A stretch of DNA of 48,591 nt from IMG/VR virus record IMGVR_UViG_3300003406_000172, positions 1 to 48,591 of that record. One strand, 5' to 3'. How positions within the stretch are numbered: the stretch's first letter is position 1; each line of letters starts with the position of its first letter. Of this stretch, positions 7,872 through 17,047 are shown piece after piece. This DNA comes from a virus (taxonomy: Duplodnaviria; Caudoviricetes). Under the pieces are notes generated by a model. It ran no database searches and was not told the DNA's origin. It saw only the letters and a program-made list of their open reading frames with translations. The translations under genes were made by a program, and so were the position numbers.

Positions 7872-8834
7872 ATGAAACGAATAGGAAATATTTTTCAAGA
7901 AATCGCAAGTTTAGAAAACTTAATTGCTGCAGATGGAAAGGCACAAAAAGGAAAATCTAAACAGTATGGCGTGGTGCTGCACAAACGTAATCAGGAGCAA
8001 AACATCATGAAGCTTCATGACATGCTGATTTCCAAAATTTATAAAACATCCGAATACAACGTGTTCAAAGTTTACGAACCGAAAGAGCGTGAAATTTTCC
8101 GTTTACCGTATTATCCTGATCGAATTGTTCATCATGCAATAATGAATGTTTTAGAGCCTGTTTTTGTGGCGGTTTTTACTGCTGATTCCTACAGTTGTAT
8201 TAAAGGTCGAGGGATTCATAAAGCATCATTTAATTTAAGAAAGGTATTAAACAAAACTGAGCAAACAACCTATTGTCTGAAGCTTGATATAAAAAAGTTT
8301 TATCCATCTATTAATCATGACATACTGAAATCTTTACTCAGGAAGAAGTTTAAAGATAACGATCTGCTTTGGCTTCTGGATGAAATTATAGACAGCGCAC
8401 CAGGGTTACCGATCGGTAATTATTTATCCCAGTACCTGGCTAATTTTTACCTGACCTATTTTGATCACTGGATCAAGGAGCAACTCGGAGTGAAATATTA
8501 TTTCAGGTACGCCGATGATATTGTGATTTTACACCATGATAAAGCGTATTTACGATGGCTATTTGAGCAGATTGAAAACTACCTATACTATTGTTTAAAG
8601 CTTGAAGTGAAAGGAAACTGGCAGATTTTTCCAGTTGAAAAGCGAGGAATTGACTTTGTGGGATATGTTCATTATCACACTCACGTTCGCCTCCGGAAAA
8701 GCATCAAAAAGCGTTTTGCCAAAATGCTTAAACGAAGACCAAGACGGGAATCAATAGCTTCTTATATCGGATGGACAAAGCACTGCAACTCTAAAAATTT
8801 ATTAAAAAAGTTACTACCAGATGCACAATTTTAA
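7872..8834 (+). CDS. DGR reverse transcriptase
   Basis: KEREIFRLPYYPDRIVHHA, SCIKGRGIH, LKLDIKKFYPSI, GLPIGNYLSQYLANFYL (DGR-type SQ motif), YFRYADD, GIDFVGY; 320 aa with no maturase or endonuclease domain. Confidence 0.97.
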   Translation: MKRIGNIFQEIASLENLIAADGKAQKGKSKQYGVVLHKRNQEQNIMKLHDMLISKIYKTSEYNVFKVYEPKEREIFRLPYYPDRIVHHAIMNVLEPVFVAVFTADSYSCIKGRGIHKASFNLRKVLNKTEQTTYCLKLDIKKFYPSINHDILKSLLRKKFKDNDLLWLLDEIIDSAPGLPIGNYLSQYLANFYLTYFDHWIKEQLGVKYYFRYADDIVILHHDKAYLRWLFEQIENYLYYCLKLEVKGNWQIFPVEKRGIDFVGYVHYHTHVRLRKSIKKRFAKMLKRRPRRESIASYIGWTKHCNSKNLLKKLLPDAQF

Positions 8835-9117
8835 AGACCTCAACATTAAACCAACCTTTGCCGCTTTTGTAGGCGAAAAGGTGAGAATGAATAAAATTTT
8901 GAATAGTGAAATTATTGTTCACGATTACAAAATAAAAGATTCAGAGAAAAAGCCGGGAACGAAATATTTGACATTGCAAATAAGCAGGAAAGGTGAAAAA
9001 GAAGTTGTTTTCACGGGTTCAAAAACGTTGATGGACATGATTGAACAGGTTCCAAAAGAAAAATTTCCTTTTGCAACAATAATTACTCAAGATGACCAAA
9101 TGTACCAATTCACTTAA
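8821..9117 (+). CDS. Small RT-coupled protein, putative OB/SSB-like DGR accessory
   Basis: Overlaps the RT stop by 14 nt; beta-rich with VVFTGSKTLMDMI motif; not helical-bundle-like as Avd is. Confidence 0.7.
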   Translation: MHNFKDLNIKPTFAAFVGEKVRMNKILNSEIIVHDYKIKDSEKKPGTKYLTLQISRKGEKEVVFTGSKTLMDMIEQVPKEKFPFATIITQDDQMYQFT

Positions 9118-9128
9118 AAATTAAAAAA

Positions 9129-9875
9129 ATGACTGAAAAATTAAATACAAAACACGATGCTAACATTTTTAAAACTGCTGATTTAGACGAAATGCAGGGA
9201 ATGTTTACGGCCAATAGAGTTATCAGATCCTGGAATGAGGATTTTCATGATGAAGATACCGGAGAGGTGATAAACATCGAAAGAAATGAAATCATTCTGG
9301 AGCGTGGTGTTTTCCTTGACCCAAATGCGTTGCAAACAATAAGTTTTCATCTATCAGCTGGTGACATAAAAGAAATAGAAGTCACCAACCAGGAGCGAAA
9401 AGGAGTTTTTAACGAGAATTACGATTATTCTATCTGGATCGTTACGGCTGTCATCGGTGGCAAAAAGAAAAACTATTTTCTGTATGCTAAATCGGTAAAC
9501 ATGGCCTTTGATATTGCTGTCGATTTTCTTGAACAGATTACTTCTGCAGGCTTTGGTGTCTCAGCTATTAAAGAACATGATTCTGCTTATTTACTTCCGG
9601 AAAAAGAGCACGAGGAAGAAGAGTATGAACATGAAGAGTTTTACAAAATTGATTTGAAAATAGAGCATGAAGAAAATGAATTTACTGAAACTTTCATTCT
9701 GAAAACAAGTGATGCAGAAAAGGGTAAACAGCGAATTGAAGCTGCAATAACCAAAAGGCTCATTGATCAGAATAGAACGCCTGAATTTATTGCCACAATC
9801 ATTTCCGCCAAAACCATCCCATGTGAATCCATTATAGATCTTGATTTCTGCAAAAAGTATATCGAGGTTGAATAA
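9129..9875 (+). CDS. Acidic protein with N-terminal RpoB-like segment and two DUF4494-like C-terminal repeats
   Basis: RVIRSWNEDFHDEDTGEVINIERNEIILER resembles a Bacteroidota RpoB segment (recalled, not searched). Confidence 0.7.
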   Translation: MTEKLNTKHDANIFKTADLDEMQGMFTANRVIRSWNEDFHDEDTGEVINIERNEIILERGVFLDPNALQTISFHLSAGDIKEIEVTNQERKGVFNENYDYSIWIVTAVIGGKKKNYFLYAKSVNMAFDIAVDFLEQITSAGFGVSAIKEHDSAYLLPEKEHEEEEYEHEEFYKIDLKIEHEENEFTETFILKTSDAEKGKQRIEAAITKRLIDQNRTPEFIATIISAKTIPCESIIDLDFCKKYIEVE

Positions 9876-9885
9876 ATATCAAAGT

Positions 9886-10302
9886 ATGAGAACAATAAAA
9901 TTTAGAGGTTTACGAACCGACGGTAAAGGCTGGGAGATTGGAAACTTGATAAATTGGCATCAAGCATTAAAACCAAGAATTATTTGGTACACAGAACATG
10001 GTGAACATGCACAAGAATTAGATTTTGAAGAAACTAATTTTGAAGTTAGCCCTGAATCAGTTGGTCAATTCACCGGACTTCACGACAAAAATGGAAAAGA
10101 GATTTACGAAGGGGATTTATTGACGTTAGACAGTTATAATTTCCGATATCTAAAAGATACTATTTGGGAAGTTATTTATTCGGAATCAGACACGATGTTT
10201 AAGTTCAAAAACAATAAAAACAGCAGGGAAACTGGAAGATATGGTTTTCATTCATTTTATGTCATCGGCAACATTCACGAAAATCCGGAATTGGTGAAGT
10301 AA
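9886..10302 (+). CDS. YopX family protein
   Basis: MRTIKFRG, VGQFTGLHDKNGKEIYEGD, VIGNIHENPEL. Confidence 0.93.
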   Translation: MRTIKFRGLRTDGKGWEIGNLINWHQALKPRIIWYTEHGEHAQELDFEETNFEVSPESVGQFTGLHDKNGKEIYEGDLLTLDSYNFRYLKDTIWEVIYSESDTMFKFKNNKNSRETGRYGFHSFYVIGNIHENPELVK

Positions 10303-10568
10303 TGGAAAAACATACCAAAATATATCTGGCTTATTTCCCATCCCATAGCGGATTCTATCACTGTGAAGTTTGCCACAATCAGGCTACGGAAATACATCAT
10401 ATAAAAAGAAGATCAGAATTCGGGAGCAAAACCAAAGACCAGCAGGATAAAATAGAAAACCTGATAGCCTTATGCAGAAGCTGCCACGAGAAAGCTCACG
10501 CGAACATTTACACTAAAGAATTTTTGAAAGAAGTTCACTTAAAACAGATGCAAGTTTATGAGAAATAA
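10302..10568 (+). CDS. HNH endonuclease
   Basis: CEVC...EIHHI...NLIALCRSCHEKAH. Confidence 0.88.
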   Translation: MEKHTKIYLAYFPSHSGFYHCEVCHNQATEIHHIKRRSEFGSKTKDQQDKIENLIALCRSCHEKAHANIYTKEFLKEVHLKQMQVYEK

Positions 10569-12243
10569 ATTAATCCCGGTATCACATTTAGCTATTTTAC
10601 TGCTGTATGTTGATCTGTTTTGTGGTGCAGGCGGCACTTCCACCGGCGTTGAAACAGCCCGGATAAATGGAGAGAAATGCGCAAAGGTAATTGCTTGTGT
10701 AAATCACGATGCCAATGCAATTGCGTCACACGCCGAAAACCATCCGGAAACCCTTCATTTTACTGAAGACATCAGAACTCTAAATGTTGCAAATGATTCT
10801 GAACTTGTGCTGCATGTTGACAAAATGAAAAGGTTGTATCCTTTTGCAAAACTTGTTCTTTGGGCTTCTCTTGAGTGTACAAATTTCAGCAAAGCAAAAG
10901 GAGGCCTTGCGCGGGATGCAGATTCCCGAACATTGGCGGAACATTTAGACCGATATATTATTGCCCTCAATCCGGATTCTGTTCAGATCGAGAACGTGGA
11001 AGAGTTTATGGGTTGGGGAGACCTTTGCGAGAACGGGAAACCCATCAGCAAAGACAAAGGAAAATCTTTTGTTAAGTGGGTAGATCACATCAAAGCTTTC
11101 GGATATGATTATGATTTTCGGATTTTAAACTCAGCTGACTTTGGCGCGCTAACTTCAAGAAAAAGATTTTTCGCACAATTCAATAATCCTGAATTTCCGA
11201 TTGTATGGCCGGAACCCACTCACGCTAAAAATCCCGTTTCCGGACTATTTGAAAGCTTAGAGAAGTGGAGGCCAGTAAAAGAGGTTTTGGATTTTGAAGA
11301 CGAGGGTACTTCTATTTTCGGGAGAAAAAAACCATTGGTTGAAGCAACTTTAGACAGAATTTTCCACGGTCTTGTAAAGTTTGTGGCCGGTGGAAAAGAA
11401 CAGTGGCTACTGAAATACAATAGTAAATCAAAATCAGGTGTGCATGTTCCTCCAGGAGTGGACGAGCCTTGTCCCACGGTTTCATGTCAGGGTAGGTTGG
11501 GATTAATGAGCGCGAACTTTCTTTCAAAATATTTTTCAGGAAATCCAGAAAGTAAAAATGTTTCGATTGAAGATCCGGCTGGTACCATCACCACGGTTGA
11601 TCATCATTCTTTGGTTCAGGCAAAATTCTTATCTGCATATTACGGAAACGGATTTACATCATCTGTAGAAGATCCTTCACCAACCGTAACAACTGGAGAC
11701 CGGTTTTCATTAATAAGTTCAACCTTCATTGACCAACAATTTGGAAACAGCAAACCAGCATCGGTTGAAACCGTTTTAGGTACCATTACCACGAATCCAA
11801 AGTATGCAAAAGTAAAATGGCACTACATAATGGATGCACAGTACAGCCGTGTGGGAAATTCTATAGATCAGCCTTGTTTCACTTTGATTGCGAGAATGGA
11901 CAAAACTCCGCCGTATTTGGTTGAAATTACTCAAGGCGGGGAAATGCCTTCATTCATCAAAATAGACGGCAATGTGATCATCTACGAGATATATGAAGAT
12001 GATTCTGAAATGACTGTGAAGATCAAAGAGTTCATGGCTCATTATGGTCTAATTGACATCAAAATGAGAATGCTGAAGATTCAGGAGCTGAAAGAAATCA
12101 TGGGTTTCCCGGAAGATTATGTTCTGATCGGAACGCAGGCGGATCAAAAGAAATTTATCGGAAACGCTGTAGAAGTGACTATTGCCCGGAAGATATGCGA
12201 AGCTACTGCTAACAGATTATTTGAGAAACGAAAAGCAGCATGA
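10558..12243 (+). CDS. DNA (cytosine-5) methyltransferase with an expanded, repeated variable region
   Basis: Motif I DLFCGAGG, IV SLECTNFS, VI IENVEEF, VIII SRKRFF, IX/X ELKEIMGFP...IGNAV. Confidence 0.93.
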   Translation: MRNKLIPVSHLAILLLYVDLFCGAGGTSTGVETARINGEKCAKVIACVNHDANAIASHAENHPETLHFTEDIRTLNVANDSELVLHVDKMKRLYPFAKLVLWASLECTNFSKAKGGLARDADSRTLAEHLDRYIIALNPDSVQIENVEEFMGWGDLCENGKPISKDKGKSFVKWVDHIKAFGYDYDFRILNSADFGALTSRKRFFAQFNNPEFPIVWPEPTHAKNPVSGLFESLEKWRPVKEVLDFEDEGTSIFGRKKPLVEATLDRIFHGLVKFVAGGKEQWLLKYNSKSKSGVHVPPGVDEPCPTVSCQGRLGLMSANFLSKYFSGNPESKNVSIEDPAGTITTVDHHSLVQAKFLSAYYGNGFTSSVEDPSPTVTTGDRFSLISSTFIDQQFGNSKPASVETVLGTITTNPKYAKVKWHYIMDAQYSRVGNSIDQPCFTLIARMDKTPPYLVEITQGGEMPSFIKIDGNVIIYEIYEDDSEMTVKIKEFMAHYGLIDIKMRMLKIQELKEIMGFPEDYVLIGTQADQKKFIGNAVEVTIARKICEATANRLFEKRKAA

Positions 12244-12410
12244 CAGGGAACCCTAACCACTGGTTTGGTAGCTATTATTTAGCTGCTGATACAGGAACCG
12301 GATACATTCTTTACAATTCTAAAGAAGTAATAAAACTAAAAGCTAAAGACTACACTAACGCATTAAAAGAAGCTAAGAATTATGAATTACGAAACGTTTC
12401 TGAAAAATAA
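12240..12410 (+). CDS. Small hypothetical protein (56 aa, below the ORF-track cutoff)
   Basis: ATGA overlap with the methylase stop; open frame MTGNPNHWFG...SEK fills the gap. Confidence 0.4.
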   Translation: MTGNPNHWFGSYYLAADTGTGYILYNSKEVIKLKAKDYTNALKEAKNYELRNVSEK

Positions 12411-14976
12411 AATTAAGATCGCACCAAAGCAGGGTTTTCCGGTTGAAATATCTGAGATTAACCCACGCCTGAAGCCTCACAATAAACTGATGGTGAAATG
12501 GATGGTAGAGGGTGGCCGCCGCGCTTGTTTTGCTTCTTTTGGACTACACAAAACGGTGACACAATTGGAAGCCGTAAGGCTCACGCTTTCCAAAGTTGGA
12601 AAAGGCCGTGGATTAATAGTTTGCCCGCTTTCCGTTCGTCAAGAATTTGTGGAAGATGCAAAAAACATTCTTGGCTGGTCCGATGCTGAACTTCCAAAAT
12701 TTATAAGACGAATTGAAGAAGCTGGTGAAACCGGAATATACCTGACCAATTACGAAACAATCCGGGACGGTAAAATGGATCCCCGTCTTTTTGAAGCTGC
12801 AAGTTTGGATGAAGCTTCCATTCTGAGAGGTTTGGGTGGTTCAAAAACTTTTCGGGAATTTATGAGACTTTTCACCGGTGATGCGGGACCTATGCAGCAC
12901 CGCCGCGGATCCGATACCGTAAAGTACCGGTACGTGGCCACTGCAACACCATCGCCAAACGATTACATTGAATTATTGGCGTATGCAGATTTCTTGGGTG
13001 TGATGGATGTTTCATAGGCAAAAACCAGGTTCTTCAAAAGAGATTCCACAAAAGCCGATGTTTTGACGCTCCACGCACACAAAGAAGAAGAATTCTGGCT
13101 GTGGGTTTCATCTTGGGCGTTATTCGTCACAAAGCCTTCAGACATCACTCAGAATGATGATGATGACCACGGTTACATATTGCCGGAACTTGATCTTCAT
13201 TGGCACGAAATCCCAACAAATCATGAAAATGCAGGGGTGGAAAAAGATGGTCAAATGAAACTTTTCAAAGATACCGCTTTAGGCTTGGAGCAATCAGCAC
13301 GGGAGAAAAGAGAAAGCCTTTCTGCGCGAATAGAAAAGATGATGGAATTGCGGGTCATAAATCCCGATGCGCACAGAATCATCTGGCATGATTTGGAAGA
13401 TGAAAGACTGGCTATTGAAAAAGCTATTCCTTCAGTAAAATCCATTTTCGGAAAACAAGATTTTGAAAAGCGTGAAGAAATTATAAAACAGTTCTCTTAC
13501 GGGGAAATCCCTGAACTCGCAGCAAAGCCGGTAATTGCTGGATCAGGATGTAATTTTCAGAGACATTGCAGTTGGGCTATCTACTTGGGAATCGGCTATA
13601 AGTTCAATGATTTTATACAGTCTGTTCACAGGCTTCAAAGATTCTTACAAGCTAATGTTGTGCGGGTTGATTTAATCTTTACAGAAGCTGAAAGGAATGT
13701 TAAAAAATCACTGGAAACGAAATGGAAAAATCACAATAAAATGGTTAAAAAAATGACTGACATTATTAAAAAATATGGCCTTTCTCATTCAGAGATGGCA
13801 CAAGTATTAACCCGAAAGATCGGAGTTGAGAAAATTGAAATAAAGGGGCAAAACTATACTGCTATAAACGATGACAATGTTATTGGCAGCAAAAGGGATT
13901 TAGAAGACAATTCTGTGGGTTTAATCCTTACATCAATCCCTTTCAGTAGTCAATACGAATACTCTCCGAATTACGCTGATTTTGGACACTCAGAAAGCAA
14001 TGAGGAATTCTTTCAGCAAATGGATTTCCTTACTCCTACACTCTACGAAAAACTAATGCCTGGTAGGTTGGCCGTCATTCATGTGAAAGACAGAATAGTG
14101 CCAATGGGATTATCCGGAATGGGCTGCCAAACCGTGTATCCTTTTCATTTGGATACTATACAGCATTACATGAAGCACGGTTTCGCATATATGGGAATGA
14201 AAACCATTGTAACCGATGTAGTAAGGGAAAACAATCAAACGTACCGCCTTGGTTGGACGGAACAATGTAAAGACGGAACTAAGATGGGCGTAGGGATGCC
14301 GGAATACTTGTTAATCTTCAGAAAGCCGCCAACCGATCGAACTAATGCTTATGCGGATATTCCGGTATTTAAGGAGAAAAAGGAAAACAAGAAAGGAAAA
14401 TGGATAAATCCGGAAGGCTATTCTCGCGCACGCTGGCAACTGGATGCTGCAGGATACACCAGAAGTTCCGGCGACCGTTGTCTGAAACCTGAAGAACTTG
14501 CAGCATTGGAACCAAAGCAGATCTTCAGGGCTTTTAAAGACTATTCTTTGAACAATATTTGGGATTTTGAGCACATTGTTAGCATTGCGGAAACTTTAGA
14601 ATTAAAAGGAAAATTACCATCAGGATTCATGCTTTTGCAGCCACAAAGTTGGAGTGATGATGTTTGGACGGATGTTACAAGAATGCTCACTCTGAACGGC
14701 TCACAATGGAGCAAAGGAAAAGAGATGCACTTGTGTCCAATGCAATTTGATATTGCAGACCGTGTAATTGATCAAATGAGTAATCCGGGCGATTTGGTTT
14801 ATGATCCTTTTTCAGGACTTTTCACCGTGCCTTACAGAGCTGTTTTGAAAAAGAGAAAAGGGATTGGCCATGAATTGAACTCGCAATATTTCTACGATGG
14901 TGTACAGTATCTGAAAGCAGCGGAACAGGAAATCAACATGCCTTCATTATTTGATCTTTTAGAAGAAGCGTTATGA
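12382..14976 (+). pseudogene. SNF2-like helicase / N4-N6 DNA methyltransferase fusion interrupted by one in-frame TAG (13015..13017)
   Basis: 12382..13017 and 13063..14976 are in the same frame; helicase motifs (FGLHKT, LDEAS, ATATPSPND) continue after the stop; C-terminal TSIPF and DPFSG methylase motifs. Confidence 0.85.
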
Positions 14977-15188
14977 AAATAAGTGAATTAAAACTAAACC
15001 AGGAAGTGATGATAGAGAATCGTGCTTACCTGTACAAAGGAGTTCAGAAGCTGAGAACCAGCGTGGGAAAAGTTCAGAAGATTGTTTTTGAAACTAATAT
15101 GGGAAACAGGTATGATTACGTGTATCTGAATCTCACGGAAGGGAAAAGAGAGCTTTCGGAAATGAACGGGAAACTGATACTGAAATAA
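14973..15188 (+). CDS. Hypothetical protein
   Basis: 71-aa ORF with ATGA overlap. Confidence 0.6.
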   Translation: MKISELKLNQEVMIENRAYLYKGVQKLRTSVGKVQKIVFETNMGNRYDYVYLNLTEGKRELSEMNGKLILK

Positions 15189-15200
15189 AAATATTGTGAA

Positions 15201-16097
15201 ATGGCAAAAGATAAAAACGGATTTCTATTGTATAAAGATCTCATTCATTCGGTCAAAAAATTACCTAAAGATAAAGCGGGTGAATTATTTATGCACATTC
15301 TACAGTATGTGAATGATGAGGATCCGGAAACAGATGATCTTCTGATAGAATTAGCATTTGAACCGGTGAAACAGGCTTTAAAGAGAGACCTGAAGAAATA
15401 TGAGCAAATCAAGGAAAAAAATAAAGAGAACGCTCGTAAGCGATGGCAAAAAGTAGAATCCCAAACAATACCAAGTAGTACGATCGCATCTGAGAGTATT
15501 CCAAATAATGCAACCGCATGCGACCGCATCCCAACCCATGCCAAACATGCCGATATAGATAGTGATATAGATAGTGATATGGGTAGTGATAGTGGTAATG
15601 AGATTCTTTTAGAAAAAGAACCAAAAGAAAAAAAAATAATAAAAAAAGTTCCAGACGAAATTCCAGATAAAACCAGACTTCCGGAAAAAGAAAAAAGTTC
15701 CGCGAAAAAAGAAAAAGAGTTGATAATGCCAGATGAGTTCCGGCGGCTTTGGGAGGAATGGAGCCAATACCGGAAAGACAGGAGATTTAAACCTTATGCA
15801 GGCATAAAGTGGGAGCAAAAAGCGGTTGACAACCTTCTGGAGCTTTCAAACAAAGATCCGGCAATGGCAAAGGATATACTGGAGCAAACCTATCGGAACA
15901 ATTATCAGGGATTTTTTAAACTAAAACAAAACAATGGAAAACCAACTTATCAAAACAGCGGATTTAGCGGCAATACAGCAGGCCAAAACGGGAAAATATC
16001 CGCTCGCACCATACTTGCCCAAAGACTTGCTGGCAAAGCTACCGGAAATAACGAGAGCGGAAATATCACAATCGACGTTGAAGCACTCGAACGATAG
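15201..16097 (+). CDS. Phage replication initiator (DUF6291-like N-terminus)
   Basis: KNGFLLYKD...AGELFMHILQY...KKYEQIKEKNKENARKRW N-domain, low-complexity linker, WEEWSQYRK...NNYQGFF C-domain. Confidence 0.82.
   Translation: MAKDKNGFLLYKDLIHSVKKLPKDKAGELFMHILQYVNDEDPETDDLLIELAFEPVKQALKRDLKKYEQIKEKNKENARKRWQKVESQTIPSSTIASESIPNNATACDRIPTHAKHADIDSDIDSDMGSDSGNEILLEKEPKEKKIIKKVPDEIPDKTRLPEKEKSSAKKEKELIMPDEFRRLWEEWSQYRKDRRFKPYAGIKWEQKAVDNLLELSNKDPAMAKDILEQTYRNNYQGFFKLKQNNGKPTYQNSGFSGNTAGQNGKISARTILAQRLAGKATGNNESGNITIDVEALER
15552..15599 (+). repeat. 12-bp tandem repeats in the initiator gene (candidate origin region)
   Basis: gatatagatagt x2, gatatgggtagt, gatagtggtaat, followed by an A-rich tract. 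Confidence 0.6.
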
Positions 16098-16797
16098 CGA
16101 TATTAAGATTTTCACCGCAAGAGTGCTGAATTTCATCAATCCGAAATTTAACGATCAACACGAAATTGAACTTGCAGAAGCTGAATTGTATGGATTTGCA
16201 CTGAAATGCGAATTAACAGCAAATGAATTTCTTCTCGCGCTGGAATTGGCAGCAGATGGCAAATTGATCACTGAACCGGATGAGAACGGAAACACAAAGC
16301 GGGTGCAGATGTTTCGGGAAATAGACCGCCTGAAGCTTGGGGAGGTGAAATCTGCCTACATCTATCACAAAACGATAGACAGGCAGCATGAATCTGGAAA
16401 AGCGAAAATACGGGCGTTTCTGGAGCCTGTACAACCTGAGCTAACCCCAGAACAAAAAAAGGCAGAACGGGAAAAGTTTTTCCGTACGGATTATGCACGG
16501 CTTCAGAATGAGGGCAAAGTGCTGGGAACAGTGCTTTTCTACGATCTGATTAAGAAAAGTGGCATTCAGAAAGTGAATTTAAAGTTTGTGGAAAACGTTC
16601 TGGATCATTTCAAACCGGAAACAGTTGAAGCAAGCGCAATGAGGCTAAGTGAACCGCAGCTTGCACGAACGGCAAAGGTGATTAAGCATAATGCAAAAAC
16701 CTTCTTCATTGATGCTTTGGTACATGCTTATTTTGAAAAGGAAAATCTAAAATCAATGACGGAAAATGAGTTTGTTGAATACTGGGAGGAGATTTAA
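15934..16797 (+). CDS. Hypothetical replication-module protein (helicase-loader position)
   Basis: 287-aa ORF overlapping the initiator 3' end; no NTPase motif seen. Confidence 0.65.
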   Translation: MENQLIKTADLAAIQQAKTGKYPLAPYLPKDLLAKLPEITRAEISQSTLKHSNDSDIKIFTARVLNFINPKFNDQHEIELAEAELYGFALKCELTANEFLLALELAADGKLITEPDENGNTKRVQMFREIDRLKLGEVKSAYIYHKTIDRQHESGKAKIRAFLEPVQPELTPEQKKAEREKFFRTDYARLQNEGKVLGTVLFYDLIKKSGIQKVNLKFVENVLDHFKPETVEASAMRLSEPQLARTAKVIKHNAKTFFIDALVHAYFEKENLKSMTENEFVEYWEEI

Positions 16798-17047
16798 AAG
16801 AACGCCCACGGAACTTGTTGACGGCCTCACCATCTATTGTTATCAGAAGAGAAAACAGGGTGAAAGGCTCTACAAAATAGCAAAAGAAATAGGTAAAGAT
16901 CACAGTACAGTGATGTATCATCTGAAGCGATATGAAGACCTGATGAGTATAGATAAGAAGTTTCAACGTACTGAGAAGGAATTTATAGAATTAGAGTTTA
17001 TTGAAAAATATAAAAAATTAGAAAGCAATGAAAGCACTATCCATTAA
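16766..17047 (+). CDS. HTH protein (DnaA C-terminal-like)
   Basis: LYKIAKEIGKDHSTVMYHLK matches the DHSTV HTH signature. Confidence 0.75.
   Translation: MSLLNTGRRFKRTPTELVDGLTIYCYQKRKQGERLYKIAKEIGKDHSTVMYHLKRYEDLMSIDKKFQRTEKEFIELEFIEKYKKLESNESTIH

Noticed and set aside
7872-8834. RT as a group II intron, retron or Abi/defence RT
   Set aside because: No maturase or endonuclease domain, no intron RNA seen, no retron VTG motif; the SQ motif and TR/VR pairs with A-specific mismatches indicate a DGR
13015-13017. Genome-wide TAG-to-Gln recoding as in some crAss-like phages
   Set aside because: Only one interrupting TAG, no suppressor tRNA in the window, late genes are intact in code 11, and TAG serves as the normal stop of the tail chaperone
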